Shown in pieces: positions 9,201 to 24,200 of a stretch of DNA of 64,000 nt. The stretch covers positions 1,054,001 through 1,118,000 of the forward strand of contig OZ237751.1 in NCBI GenBank assembly GCA_965178125.1. The letters are read 5' to 3'. The notes beneath the pieces are model-generated. The model did not search any database and had not been told where the DNA came from. It worked only from the letters and a program-made list of their open reading frames with translations. The position numbers and the translations under genes were made by a program. The stretch's first letter is position 1. Each line of letters begins with the position of its first letter. The stretch is from Bilabrum cf. latius. Lineage: Eukaryota.

Positions 9201-12200
9201 TGAGTATACGTCACAGGGTGGTGTGCAGGTGGCTCTTGCCGTTATAGCGAAAGCGGGCAGTCGAGTGAGTCCCGGATCTTGTCGGTGGTTTGCGATGAGC
9301 AGCTCGTGCCTCGCGGAGGGGTTCAGCGATAGGCATGGTGGAAAGCAAATACTGCCATTGGAAGACTCGTTTGTAAAAGACAAGTCAGACATAGTATTTC
9401 AGCCATAATCTAGGTAGAGACAGCACTAAGGTGGGGCAAAAATGATAGCGTATACTTTTGGGCAATACCGGAATCTCAGGTAACCAGATCTCACCCACCA
9501 AGGCGTGGTCGACTCTTCTCCCCATTTGCTGTCACGGGACTGCGGCTGTATCCGCAACCCGAGGACTGCGTTTTCGAATCCCTTTTCAGTGTGTTTTCAG
9601 CTAGCACATTTTACCGGATGCAGCGCGCACAGGTCGTGCTTTTCGCGGCCGTGGCAGTCTGCGTCGCGGCCTCCGACGTGTTCTATTCTGAGCTCTCGGG
9701 GCGCGGCGATGCCCTCAAGCGGCGCGATGAGGCCATAGCTGGGGCAATGGATGATAAGGCTCTTTTTGTTGAGGGTCGAATCGCCAGCAATGGCAAGCCT
9801 ACGGTCATGATCGACGATGGTGAGCAGAACGCGTCGACGAAGTCGCTCAACTGCAACTGAAGGTTATGCGGTCGTTGCGTTGCAGCTTCCCATACAATAA
9901 TAATCTTATTAGTTGATACTACCCTATCATTCTTTGTTCGCAGAAGGAGTGGCCTCGAGCGAGGATCGAACCGGTACGGTCAGCCCAGCAGCGGTGACGG
10001 GCGCGGCCCACGCCGCCTCAGAGGACGCCGTGTACGTTTTTGGGGGCACCTCGGACGCTGCTTCTGGAAGCAAAGTGCTCAAAGATACCTACAAATTCAC
10101 ATACAGTGAGTGCGTGCCAATATTGCTGCACAGCGATCGGGGTGGGGGGCGCAGAGGCCGCCACTGGCAGTGACGTCTGCCCGCAGGTCCGCCCACGTAC
10201 ATCCCGCTCCACGCTTTTTCCAGCCGATTGACTGCCGATCAGCCATGCACTCGCTGGCACCTCAATCATTCCTACCCATGCATTTAGGATCATTGTGATT
10301 TTCGTCTTACTTTGGCACCCCTCATTCCCTCCCCGCAGGCACCAAGAGCTGGACCAAGATGACCATTGCCACTGACACGCGGGTGGTGGCCCGCACCGGT
10401 GCCTCCGCCGCCGTCCTGTCCGACTGCCGCGCAGAGGGTGACGAGTGCTTGGTGGTATTCGGCGGTCTCACCGGGACCAGCGCCGCCAGCCCGAACACGG
10501 ACGTCCTCACCACGGGTGAATCCACGGTGCAGTGGCTCAATCCAGCAGGGGCCAAGGTGGGCGAGAAGCCCCCCGGGCTCATCCACGCCGCCATGGTGCC
10601 CGACCCCATGGGCCGCACCGCCGTCTTGTTCGGCGGCAAGACTTCGGCGGATGACGAGGACGCCACGGACGCCGTCTTCGCCATGAACTCGGCCGGCTGG
10701 AAGGACCAGTCGCTGCTTGCCAACATCGCGAGGGGCAAGTCCGTGTACATGACCAAAGCCAAGCAGCCTACTAACACGGGCCATGCCTTCCACCCGTCGA
10801 ACGCCGTGGACGGGCGCACCGCCAGCAACCGAGATGCGGGGTACTGCGCTCTGGCGGATCGGGTCAACAACCCAACCATCTCGGTGGATCTCGGGGGTGC
10901 TCGCACCGTCACGGAACTCGTCATTTACCCGCGAACGGACTACGCGACCGGGTACGGCAACACGGTCAACGCCCGGTTCGTGGTGAATGATCACCGCACA
11001 GACCCTCTCAACAGGGACGGCAACTGGCACGAGTGCGAGAGCCCCTACTCGAGCGGCAGGCTGCCCGTGCCCTCCCGCATCTCGTGCGGCAGCGTCACTG
11101 GGCGCTACGTCCACATGTTCCGCCGCGCCAACGATATCCAGCTGGACGTGTGCGAGATCCAGGTTATGGCCCCTCATCCCTACACGTGGAAGCAGTTCAA
11201 CTACGGCGAGGTCGAGGTGGCAAGGGGCAAACCCACCGTGGGGACGCCCATCGCCCACAGTGGTGTGTGGAGCCGCATCAATGATGGGGGCAAGAACCAG
11301 AGGTACAACTCCGGTAAAACGTGCACGCACTCCATCAACACCAAGCCTGCGGGCGAGACACACCACTGGGTCCGGCTCGATCTGGGCAAGCAGTACCAGC
11401 TCAACAGGGTGAAGATCTGGAACCGGTGGGAGGGCGAGGCCCTGGCACGCCGCCTGCGCAAGACCGAGGTATGGGTGGGCAACGTGGGCGACGACTTCAA
11501 GCTCAACACAAAGTGCGCCCAGCTGCCCGACAACACGGCTACCGTCAACACGTACGAGACGGCCTGTGAGGGAACAGGGCGCTACCTGTGGGTGGCCAAG
11601 TCCTGGGCCGATACGAACGATGACAAGGTGCTAACGGTGTGCGAGCTCGAGGTGTACGCCAAGCAGATGCTCAACGTGCCGGCCGCCAGGTCTGGACACG
11701 CTATGACGCACCATCGGGGGGCGGGTTGGATCTTCGGCGGCATTGGCAAGGACGGCAAGGCTCTGAGTGACCTGCACGCGCTGGACCTCGCGTCCATGAC
11801 CTTCAATACGGCGCTTCAGGTCATCGGGGACCTGCGGCCCTCTGCCCGTGGGTTTGCAGCCCTGGCGCCTGCTGGCCTAGAGGCGCTGGTGCTCGTGGGA
11901 GGGCGCACAGGAAGCTCGCTGGCATCGACTCGGGCCGAGAAGGACTACACCATCACGCTGCCGCAGTGCCAGAGCATCAGCACCACCGGGGTGACCGACA
12001 GCGACTGCTACAGGGGCAGCTGCGAGTACACGTGCAACACGGCAGGCGAATACAGCCCCACCAACCTGGCGGGCGGGCCCCCAGTGACGTGTGAGCTGTC
12101 TGGGTACTACTCTGGCTCGCTGCCCGTGTGCTAGGGCAAGGTCCCGACCAAGGTCACTGTCATCAACACCGGGACTGGCGACAAGAGCCGGCTAGTGGAC

Positions 12201-15200
12201 GGCAACAGGAAGGTGCGCGTGGTGTGGAACACGAACGGCGTGCAGAACGGGTCACCTTCTACCTTCACTGGGTTTTTGGTGCGGTCCTCCTCCATGCACT
12301 TGGCGGAGAACTTTGACACGATCTCACAGCTTCCCCCCGGGTGGGAGTGGGACAACCGGCGCAGATCGGCGACCAAGTTCACGATCGGCAGGAGCGCCAA
12401 CGGGGATGGCTATTTGGATCTGTCCATGGACGGCCAGGCAAACTGCTGGTTGAGCACCCAGAACTGCCCTCGCCTCCTCATCCCGCACCCCCACGGCATC
12501 ATCGACCACAACATACTTGACACACAGAACCGGCACAGGGGCAACTCGTGGACGGCCGAGGTCCGCGTGCGCATGACCACGCTCCAGCCGGGGAATGCAG
12601 CTGCCGGCCTTGGCATCGTGCAAGATTCCGGGTCGGACGGGAACCGCAACGGACGGGTGCGTTTCATGTTCATGCTACGTCGTAACGCGGGCGAGACCCG
12701 GCTCAGGTGCCATGTGCAGGAGAACCAAGGTACCAAGGGCACTGACCGCATGCTCTACGGCACTGGGCCTCTGCAGAGGGACGTGTGGCTGCGCATGAAG
12801 TACGATGTGATTGGCAATCGATTCACTTTCTTCTGCCGCATGAATCACGAGACGACGTGGCAAACGGTCATACCCAACGGTCTGTTCCCACCCAGCCACG
12901 GCGGAGACCTCACCTATGGCCGGGTGATCCTGACGGGCAAGAACTGGTCCAACCGGCAGCAGGTGTTCCGCTTCGACAGCTTTTCTCTGACGGTGGACGA
13001 CTGCCCCTCCTCCGCGATCACACGCTTCATTCCCGCCGCGGATGCCAGGATCGGCACGACGACCAGGTACTAGGCCGACATCGGGGGCCTGACGGCTGGC
13101 GTGTACTACAAGATGCAAGTGGCTGCTGCCACAGAGGCCGGGCTGGGCGACTGGTCCGACTTCACCTACCGGCACCGTGCATCGCCCAACCTAGCCAGGC
13201 CTGCTGGTCTCTTCAACATGGCTCGCAACAAGCCCGTGGCTGCATCCAGCATCCTCAATGACGACAACGAGGCTGAAGAAGCCGTCGACGGAGAGCGAAA
13301 CGGGCCCCTCTTCCGATCTGAGGAGAGTGAAAACCCGTGGTGGCGGGTAGATCTTGGCTCTCGCAAGCGAGTGTGGGAAGTGGTCATATATCAGAGAACG
13401 AACTGCTGCAGGGGTCGCGGACAGGGTGGAATGGTGTACGTGAGCGACACGCCCAGCTGGTCAGCCGGCACCGCCTGTGAAGGCATCATGAACCCGCATG
13501 GCTCCAACCCGGTGACCCTCCCATGCAACGCCATTGGTCGGTATGTCTATGTGCGGCTGCAAAAGACCAAAGAGTTCCTGGAGCTGCGGGAGGTCGAAGT
13601 CATGGTGGACGAGAAGTGCGACACGAGGACCCCGCTCAACACCAACACAGAAGGCACGTGCACCGGAGCCAGGGACGGCGACTCGTGCACGGCCACGTGC
13701 CAGGCAGGCTATGCCAAGTCATCGGGGGAGGAGACGGCCGTATGCAGGTTTGGCGAGTGGTCGGTCCCCGAGCCCGTGTGCGTCAAGCAGTGCCCCTCCG
13801 TTCCTGCCCCCTTGGGTACCGAGACATGCACGCAGACAGTGGCTCGCGAGCAATTCACCAAGCTGGCCTCCGGGGCCGACCCTAACCTAGAGCCCATCCT
13901 GCGATTTGCCTCGCTGGACGAGGACACATTCCCGCTGAACGAGTACTGGGGCGTTATCGACGGGCGCATGGTGGCAGGGGCTCCGGCCGTGGACGGGTCC
14001 ATGGGCAAGTGCCTGCTGCCCGGCCAGGGGATGGTGGCCATGCTGCAGGACCCGGATCCCTCGGCCATCGACGGGTCCGTCAAGATCACAGTCAAGCTGG
14101 CGGGCGAGGATGACGCCGGCCTCGTGTTTGGGGCGGCGGGGCCAAGCACGTACACGTTCGTGTCCTTGGGCTTTGTCACGGGCAAGCACAGGCTGGTGAA
14201 ACGGATAGGAGGCGTGGACATTGAGCTGGGCTCCTCCAGGGCATCGGTCCGCGCGCTGGACTCGTCCATCCCCATGGACAAGCACGAGCTGGAGGTGCGC
14301 CAGGACGGTGCAAGTCTGCTCGCACTGCTGGACAACGTGCGCCTGTTTCAGGTGGAGGACAAGGCCGCGCTGGTCGGAGACGTGGGGCTGTGGACGCAGG
14401 GCCGTGCCGAGTTTGACGACCTCGAGGTGCACACTGCGTGTCTGACATCTGGTGGCGCGGCAGTTAGCGGGTGCAGGGACTTGTTTTACCAGGACACGTG
14501 CGGTTTCACGTGCAGGCAAGGGTTTGACCTTGTGGGGCAACAGCAGGTCGGCTGCAAAGCCGACGGATCGCTGTCCTCGGCTGCACCTGACTGCTCCATC
14601 CGGCCCCCTGTTGCTTTGGACCAGAACCGCACGGTGGTGGAGGAGTCAGACCGCAACACCGCTGTGGGTGACCCCTTGGTGGCCACACTGGAGGCCGACG
14701 AGCAGATCGAGTTCTCTATTACGGGGGGTGATCCGAATGGGGCCTTCAAGGTCGGTCTGTGCGACGGGCTGATCCGAGTGAAAGACCCGCAGCTGATCGA
14801 CTACGAACAGGTGTAGGTGTATAATCTGGAGGTGACCATCGGAATCAGCGGATACAGGGCCAATACGACTATCGCTGTGCGAGTGGATATCATCGACAGG
14901 AACGAGGCACCCTCCATGGACGCCTAGAGCTTCAACGTCTCGGAGAACTCGGCCTCTGGCACACTCGTGGGCGGGGCCCTTGAGGACCTAGCCGAGGATC
15001 CCGAGGATGACGACCTCACGTTTTCTCTGGATTTTGACGCCTCCAACGGGCTACTGCAGATCGACGCAGCTACGGGGCAGTTGAGCGTGAACCACTCGGC
15101 GCCAAGCGGAGCCACCGGTGCATCGCACCCATTGGACTATGAGTCGCTGCCCGGGGACGGGTCCTACCTTCTCATCGTTCGAATGGTTGACGTGGCTGAC

Positions 15201-18200
15201 AACCAGGCAAGCGCGTTCGTGCGAGTGTCGCTGCTGGACGCCAACGACGCCCCCCAGTTGGACAGAGGCGAGGCAGCCTATGCGTCGCTGCCCCAGCCGC
15301 AGATCGCCAGCTTCGACGAGAGTCGGGCCGATCCAGACGCAGTGACCGCCGGCGCCTTGATTGAGCTCAGCCCTGGGATCGCGGCCAGCGACCAGGACCT
15401 CGAGGAGTTTGAGTCTCCATTGACATACCGCTTCACGTCCAAGGGGGCGCAGGGGAGCGCCGCGCTCTCTGGGCTGGTCACGAAGCTAGCCACGGCCGGG
15501 GGTACCCCTTCCTCTGCTTCCGGGCAGACGCTGCAGGGGATCGGGAGCGTGGACCTGTTCGCCCTCAACTCCAGCACGGGCGTGATCTCCCTCACGGATG
15601 TGCCTAGCAGCGACGGATGGTCCAATTCGGGCGATTTTCAGCCGTACCTTTCGCAGGACGCAGCCCCTCGAGGGCTGCTGGTGCGGGCCGAGTACGTGGT
15701 GGAGGTGGAGGTGTCGGATGGAAACGGTGCTACAGACACCCACGACGTGCGCATCGTCGTTGGAGCCAACTCGTCCAGCATTCCCATCGTGCGGAGGCTG
15801 TCGTGCGATGTCAACAATACGGACGCCGACCCAGACCTGTACCGCATCAGCGGTGTCGACGGACAGGACGAGACTCTGGGCATGGACGAGTCGTACCCAT
15901 ATCCCACCCGCGGAGGGGCGCTCTGCATCATCTCTGGTACTGGACTGGGCAGCAACATCAATGGGCTCCGTGCGTGGGGCACCCGCACTGTTGGCGGGCA
16001 GGAGCAGGAGGTGGACTTCACTGGGTGCGTGATGGAAGAGGTCGGCCAGGTGATCCACTGCAACTCGCCGGAGGGATTTGGAGAGGGATTTGTCCTCCGT
16101 GTGTTTGCGCAGGGACAGCCGGCGCTCATGGGTTCTCAGCTGCGCTTCGATTTTGCCAAGCCCAGCGTGACCACTGTGAGCGAGAGTGCACAGGCGTTGG
16201 CCACGGAGGGAGGGACCGAGGTAGTCTTCAAGGGCCGTAACTTCGGGCCCGCAGGTGCGGAGCAGGAAGTATCGTATGAAAACCAGAGGGGGCAGAAGTT
16301 CCAGTGCGCAGTACTTCCAGCCTCTAGTCTACTCGCGGGAGAGACGATCCACGACACGATGCGGTGCGTGGCGGCCGAGGGTGCTGGTGCGGAGCTGCAG
16401 TGGACGCTGCAGCTGGGCAACGAGACTCAGCTGGCCGTCAAGTCAGCGGGTGGGGCGGGGATGAGTGCGGAGGACCCGCTGGTTAATAACATGCTGGCAG
16501 CCTTCAGCTACACGCCCCCACGCATCACGTCCCTCGCTCCGCTAGACAGGCGCGAGACGGATCTGCTGGCCCTGGACACCCGCGGCGGAGACACGTTGGT
16601 CATTGAAGGCACCAATTTCGGGCCAGCAACCGAAGTAGCAACAGTGCACCTGTCATACTCTGCATCCAGCGTGGTGCGTGCGATTGCAGGGAGCGGTGTG
16701 GGGCAGCTGGGCAGCTTTGAGACGACCATGGCTAGCTGCTACAAGCCCGAGGGGGGCATGCAGGCGCACCGGCTTATGCATTGCGTGACTGGTCCCGGCG
16801 TAGGTCGCGGGGTGGTGCTGCAGGCAGAGGTAGCAGGGCAGATGCAGGGCTCTCCAACGTGCTATGACGGCGCCGTGGACGAGGGCGAAGCGTTTATCGA
16901 CGACCAGGATGTGATGGACCGATGCAACAACGGGACAGGCGTTGTTGGCTTCTTGTCTTACGCTCCGCCTACCATCGCGGCAGTCGTGGGGGCGGACGGT
17001 TCAGACACGAGGGGCGGGCAGTCCTTCACCATCCAGGGTACGGGTTTCGGTCCCGAGGAGCTAAGCGTGCAGGGCAGCGTCTCTGGTGTGAGGTATGGGC
17101 CTGCGAGTTCCGGCAATCTGCGGTACGACGCGACTTCGACGTGCCGCGTGACTGTTGCCGATACTGACATCGAGTGCGTGACGCTGCCGGGGACGGGCAT
17201 GGATCTGGGCTTCTCCGTTGAGGTGGCCGGGCAGGCCGCATCTACTGGGACGCTTGCCACAGCCCATGCCTACGCACAGCCGGTGCTGGCTACGTTTGAT
17301 GGCGAAGGGGCGGTTGATGCCGAGACGCCGGGAGGACAGACCATCGTACTGCGGGGCAACAACTTCGGGCCGATTTCCACTCCTACCACGCCCATGGACG
17401 CCACTTACAACCTCGCTGTGGCAGGTGCAGGCACCACGACCTTCAATGCGGCCGACTGCGTGCTGGTGGATGCGCACGTTACGATCGAGTGCAAGACGGC
17501 CGAGGGCGCAGGTAGGGCGCTGGCGTGGACCGTCGTGGTCGACTCGCAGCCCAGCCGCAGCCCCACGACCAACTATGAGGTGCCCGAGATCCTGGAAGTG
17601 CACCGACTGGGGCAGCAGGGTGTGCGGGTGGCAGATGCAGACGTGGATGGAGGAGATACACTGGTTCTCGTGGGTCGCGGGTTCGGGTCGCCTGACCTGC
17701 TGCTGGCGGACCCAGAGACGGGCGAGTAGCACCCAGCGCTGCAGTCCGTCACGTATGGCCCATTGTCGGGGCGCGAGTACACGCCCGCGAGCGTGACGCA
17801 CGTCTCACACACGGAGATACACATTGTGACGGCCCCCGGCTGGGCGCGGATGGCCTTCTTCAGGGTTGAGGTGGCGGGACAGGCGTCCCCCCCAGGTAGC
17901 CCCGATGCCCCCGAGGCCACTTTCGATTTTGCCACGCCGATTATTGTCAGTATGACGCCTGAATCGACCCAGGACACGTGGAGTCCTCCAAGCACACCTC
18001 AGTCGGTAGTGCTGGTTACGCGGTCGCTGCCCCTGTCGGACCCGCTGTCCAGGCCCGTGGTGAGCTTCGGGGGGCACGTGCTGCGGCCCACGGCGGCCGT
18101 GTCCAACACGGACGGCACGCAGACGGTCACCTTTGCGTTGCCCGAGCATGGGGGCGGATTTGCGGTCCCTGTGCGTGTGGGTGTTGCACCAATCGCGGGA

Positions 18201-21200
18201 GGGGATCGCGCGGCACCCGTCGGTGCTTCGATGTCTCAGCTGCTGGACGGCACCACTGGGTCCTCGAGCACTACATTCTTCCAGTATGATGCGCCAGCCG
18301 TGGAACGCATCGTAGTGACTAGGCCGGCGTGGTTGCAACCGGGGTACGTGGCTGGGGCCATGACCCCGATGGACGACAACTGCACGTTCGGCGCTGGCGA
18401 CCCGTTCACGTGTACCGACCGCAACGTGAGGCAGGTGGTGATCCTGGGACGGGGTTTCTCTGCCCCGGCCGGCTTCAGGGCCGAAGCGGATCCCCTGGGC
18501 CTCCTGCGAGGGGACGCCTCCATGGTGCCGCTCAACCGGTTCCCGCTCGTTGTGCGCACGTACTCGCACAACCGGATCCTGGCGTACACCACGGAGCAAT
18601 CCGGCACGGTGCGGGTGTCGGTCAGCAACACGTTGCCAGTGGAGCTGCTGGACCCTGGCATGACCGAGGGCCGCGGCATGCAGGCGGACGTGATGGAACA
18701 ACGCTCCTCGGAGGGCTCCTGGACCAACCTGGCGCCCAACATCGCGGGCCTGCAAGGAGCCACGACTGGCCTGCCCACCAGGGGCCAGAGCGCGCAGGAC
18801 GGTTCCCCGTCCGAGGGCAACGGCTTGACTGTGACGGTGGACGGACTCGAAACCACCAAGCGGGTGCGCATCCTGGCGGGGGCCTCCGCTGACGAGGCCG
18901 TGCCATGCCGCGTGTGGTCGCTGCTCAACGAGGAGTGGATGGTGCTGGGTGCCACTGATGACGAGCAGTACGATGCGGTTCAGCGAGAGGTGATCGACGT
19001 CATCGATGGAAACCTGGCTCAGGGCGAGCAGGCCGTGTATCAGCTGACATTCTTGGTGCCCGAGGCTCCTGCAACGGCCAGTCGACTGGACGATATGCGC
19101 ATATTCGTGGACCGGGAGGGTACTTTGTCGTCGGGTGACTAGTCGTTTGGATACGCGCAGCCCTACGTGGCAGCTGTGGACGTGTGGCGGCCGCCTGCAT
19201 TCGTGGCGGGGACGAGCTATCCTACCACCCCCAATGCCCCCGAGGCCTACTGGGCCCGAAGCATGGTGGCTGGAGACTCGGCGATTGTGTCCGTGCCAAC
19301 CAAAGGCGGATGGGTGCGGGTACGGGGCCAGGATCTGACACTATGCCCGCTGCTGCGAGTGGCCGATGGTGCGTCATACACGTGTGACGACGGCATTACC
19401 TCCCACGGACATTCGGCGGGAGCAGTGGCAACCGGGCGCTTGCCCTGCAACTCCGGCGCCCCTGGTCTAACCGCACCGTCGCTGCACGAGTGCTTCATCT
19501 CGCCCGTGCCGGAGGGAGAGGGAGACGGCTTGCAGTACAACGACACGTCGACGGGCTTCATGCTGGACGTCGAGGCTGGCAGGCAGTCCATGCTGCTGGC
19601 CGAGGACCTCGAAGACGTCGAGGCCGCCGGTGTCACAGATGGAGCGGGGGGGGTCGTGCCCAGGAGGCCTGGCGACGGTCTCACCGCCGTGCGGCTGGCC
19701 AATTTGGTCCGTGCCCAGCTTCATTACACGCATGATATGCCCACAGTGCGGAAAATTACGCCTGTGCAGGGGCCTGCCGTGCCTACTGCGGGTGGGGTCC
19801 GCATGCTTGTGCTGGGCGACAACTTCGGCGTCACGTCTCCCGCCCGCGAGCCGCAGATGATGTCGATCCCTGGGTTTATCCAGGTACATGTTGCGGTGCC
19901 AAGCAACCGATTTGGGGCACCCGAGGTGTATGGTCGGCCTTCCGAGTGGGTGCACTGCACGAATGCGACAAGGCTTGACCACGAGCGTATCGAGTGCAAC
20001 CTGCCCGAGGGTGCGGGTCAGGGTCTGCCCGTGAGGGTGGTGGCTGCGGGGCTGCAAGGCGAGCAGGACGGGCTGCTGTCCTATGATCCTCCGGCGGTGA
20101 CTGGGCTTGCCCTGCATGGTTTCTCGCCTGCTTTCTTGCAGGCGATCAGCGACCCCACCCGCATGCAGCTGCCAAGGACCACCACCACGGCGAGCGAGGC
20201 AGACCCAACGGGCCTGCTGCAGACGGCTGCAGTGTTCGCCGACCCAACGTTGCAGGTCCAGGTACCCAATGCCTCAGTGCGCTTCTTACTGGGCCCCGTG
20301 GTGCTGCATTCGACAGACGACACCCAGCTGCAGCTCGGGGGGGTTCCCACGTGGGGCGCGCGGCCGGGGCTCGTGAGAGCCGACCCCTCGCATCCCGCGG
20401 CAGCGCACGTCACTCTGTATGGACGAAACCTAGGCCGGCGCGGCGCCGTGGGAGACCCTCGCCTCTGTGTGTTTGCCTCATGGATCCACCGTGCCGCCGA
20501 CTCTGAGCTGAACTGCGATGGGGTGGAGAGCTTCCCCGGCGAGGGCGAGGTGCCCCAGGCCCGCGTGGTGGTGCACACACACGACCGCATCACGTTTGAG
20601 CTGCCCGAAGGTGCGGGCTAGCGTGACATTGACGTGTCTATTGGCGGGCGACAGCTGGTGCAGACTGCGCTATCGCAGCCCCGCCTCATGTACGGCGCAC
20701 CCCTCATCAGCGCAGTCAGTCCCCTGAGCCCAGCCAGCGGACCGACCACGGGAGGCTACGAGGTGACGCTCAGGGGATCTAACTTTGGCCCCAAGCAGCG
20801 CAACACCTCCATCCCTCGACTGGCTCTGGATGTACAGGGCGCCGTCCTTGTGCCACCACTGCCACTTGCCGAAGCCCCAGGCATGCCCACCGAGTACCTG
20901 GTGTTGTCTTTCTACCGCAGCTGCATCACGGATGCGCGGTCCCCGGAGGGCATCCGTCCGTAGACCGGCAGAACCGCTGGCTGCAAGTACGAGCTGGTAG
21001 ATCGCGACCACGATTTCGTTACTTTCCGAGTGCCTGAAGGCATCGGAGCGTCCCGGAATGTGGCCGTGGAGGTGATGGACGCCGCTGTTGCCATGGGCAC
21101 CGTTCCCCAGGGCCAGGAAGAGGGGTACTACGGATACACGGGGGTGCAGCGGGCGGAGAGTCCAGGCGCTTTCTCGTACGATACACCTACTGTAGATCGC

Positions 21201-24200
21201 ACGGATCCTGCGCGCGTGTACATGGGTGCCCAAGGGCTTCTGGAGGACTACAGAGGGGCGCTGCAGGCGGCTCGTGCTCGCATGCTGGAGCTTGGCGCTG
21301 AGGAGGACGAAGCACGCGTGGGCGACGTCAGCGATGCCATCAGGCTGGAAGCACAGTCTCCGTTGCGGCAATTCATCAACAGCGGGGCCTTGGCTTGGGG
21401 AGACGAGCTGGAGGCGCTGCGTGCTGCTCGTCAGCCCACGGATCCTCCGATCGAGGGGCCTTCCAAGAAGGTCTTCCTCTTCGGTCGCAACTACGGCAAC
21501 CCCGCGCTGGCGGTGGAGCAGGAGTGGACGGAGGAGGAGCTCAGAGTTGCAGTGGCAGTGGGCGGCATCGACTGCAAGACCGCTCAAAGAGGCCGCAGTG
21601 CCGTCACGGATGATCCGAGCGAGGACCCGGCGTCCACGCAGGTGGAGTGCGAGATCGAGGCGCTCACAGTGGGGTACAAGAACGTGACGCTTGACATCGC
21701 GGGGCAGCAGGGGCAGCTTGCGGCAAGGGTGGGGACTAGTGGCGTGCACTTCGTGTGCGCTCCAGGGTCCTTCGGAACGGACGGCAGGTTCTGCCTCCCG
21801 TGCCCCGTGGGTGCAGACTGCAGCGGCTACGATACCGACCTGCGCGAGTCCACGGTGCCCCGGCCGCAGACGGGCTTCTTCAACCTCAACTCGTCTGACC
21901 CCGTATCCGGTGATATGACCGACGCCGAGTGCCCCGAGAGGAGGCAAGTGCCCACCAGGGACGTGTGCGTGGTGGCATGCGAGCCGCAGTGGGCATGCAC
22001 GGGCGACAACTTCTGCGCCATCGGGTATGCCAGCAAGGCGCCCATGTACAGGTGCAGCAGCTGCGCAGATGGCTTCTACCGGCGAGCGACGGAGTGCGTC
22101 AAATGCCCTGACAACCCATGGATCCTAATTGTGGCCTTTGCCGTGCTGGCCGTGGGCGCATGTGGCTTCGGTTTCTGGCTGAACCAGTCCAAGATCAACA
22201 TCGCACTGATTGCCATCGGCGTGGACTACTTCCAGGTGCTCGCCATCTTTGCTAACGCTCGAGTGTAGTGGCCCCCGTTGCTCAAGGACATGTTCCACAT
22301 CCTGTCCGCCTTCAACCTCAACCTCGAGATCACGGCCCCCGAGTGTACGGTGCCCGACTTGCAGTACATGACCAAGTGGTTCTTCATAATCCTCCTGCCC
22401 GTTGCCGCCATGGTTATGGTACTGCTCACGTACCTGCTTGGCATGGTGTACGTGTGCGCCAAGAGCGGCAGGTGCAAGCAGCCCAAGGACAAGACCAAGG
22501 ACGAGCTGGCTCCGCTGGTGGCGGGCGCCATTGTGCTGAGCCTGTTCCTGTACCTAGTCACCACGCGGTCTATCCTGGACGTGTTCAATTGCATTCCCAC
22601 CAGTCCCCCCGATGGCCAGCTGTACATGCAGGCCGTGTTTGAGCCTTGCGGGCAGAAGGGTGGCGTGCAGCAAACCCTACTGCCTTTCGCAATCATTGCG
22701 CTGGGCGTGTACACGATCGGGTTCCCCACATGGGTGGGCTTCATGCTGGTAACGAGCCGCAAGACGATGCTGCTGGACCAGCTGATGCGTGCCATCGGCA
22801 AGGGTAACGACATCAATATCGATTGGCCCAAGGACGTGCAGGATGCGTGCCAGTTCAGGCAGCGGTACCAACGTCTGTACTACTACTTCAAGCCCGAGTA
22901 CTACTGGTGGATCGTGACCATCCTGGCGCGCAAGGCCCTGATTGCGTTCTGCTCGCTCTTCTTCAACACCAACGCGTCCTTCTAGATGGCCGCCGTTAAC
23001 ATGGTGCTGTTCTTGTGCTACACGGCCCAGGTGCGCTTCAACCCGTACATGCCGCCCGCCGACTACGCCGAGGTCATCACTGGCTGGGCCCAGAGCGCGC
23101 TGGACTCAAGCGCAAAGGACGCGCGCACCCCAAGCCGTTTGGCGGTCAAGGACATCGAACAGGCCGCCAGAACCAGGAGCGACCAGGCCGGGGCGGCAAC
23201 CTCGAGCGCAGCCGGGTCAGTGATCCGAGACTCTGCCGGCCGGGCCGTGACCTCGCGAGACGTGCACGGCGAGCTGTGGTTCAAGATCCGGGAGGTGATC
23301 ACCTCGTTGGACAGGAGGGACCAGCGAAGGTTCGGTACCACGATGGACAGCGCCACGATGGGCGGGAGACAAGCAAAGCAGACGGCCATTGGCGGGCTGG
23401 GCACAAGCATCGGGGTACTGGGCAACTCGCTGATGAACTGGAACACAGTTGAGACGCTTCTGCTCTTCTGTGCCATCATGGTGACGCTGGGTGGCATCAT
23501 GCTCGAGTCGGGTAGGCTGGACCAGGAGGGCGCCGAGGGCCAGCGGGACGCTCTGACTATCCTGCTGATGCTGGTAATCATGGTGTCCATCGTGTACTAC
23601 TTCACTGTGCTCTTCACCGAGGTGTACGTGCTAGTGACGGACGCCCAGGACCGCAAGGCAGCGCAGATCCAGAAGGCGGCCAAGCTAAGGAAGAAGGGCG
23701 TGGCGGGCGGTGCTTCTGCACCCAGCGCTTCCGGTGTCATGGAGGAGGTCGAGATCGATACGTCTGGCATGCAGCACCAGAGCAACCCGGCCTTTGCCTC
23801 TCAGAAGGGCAGAGAGTCCGAGGCGGGGAGCCAGGCTATGGCGGGGCAGATCAAGGAGATCACGGGGCTGGAGAACATGGACAAGGAGACGTGGACACGG
23901 CTGCGGCCCCAGCTGGAGGATTTCGCCGGCAGGTTCAGCGAGATGAAGGAAGAGATTGACGCCCTCAAGAAGGACCTCTCCAGGGCCCACGCCAGTGGTG
24001 GCAGCGGTGGAGTGGGAAGTCGCAGAGGGACGCTCACCGGGGTTGCTGGTGGGATGAGTGGCAGCGGCATGGCGGCCAATCCCATGCAGGCTTTGAGCGG
24101 CGGGTCACGGAGGTCATTTGGGCCTCGTGGCACAGGGGGTGGCATGGGAGGGAGGAGAGCGAGCAAGGGGCTGCTGGCGGCTCAGCGCAGGGCCTCCCTG

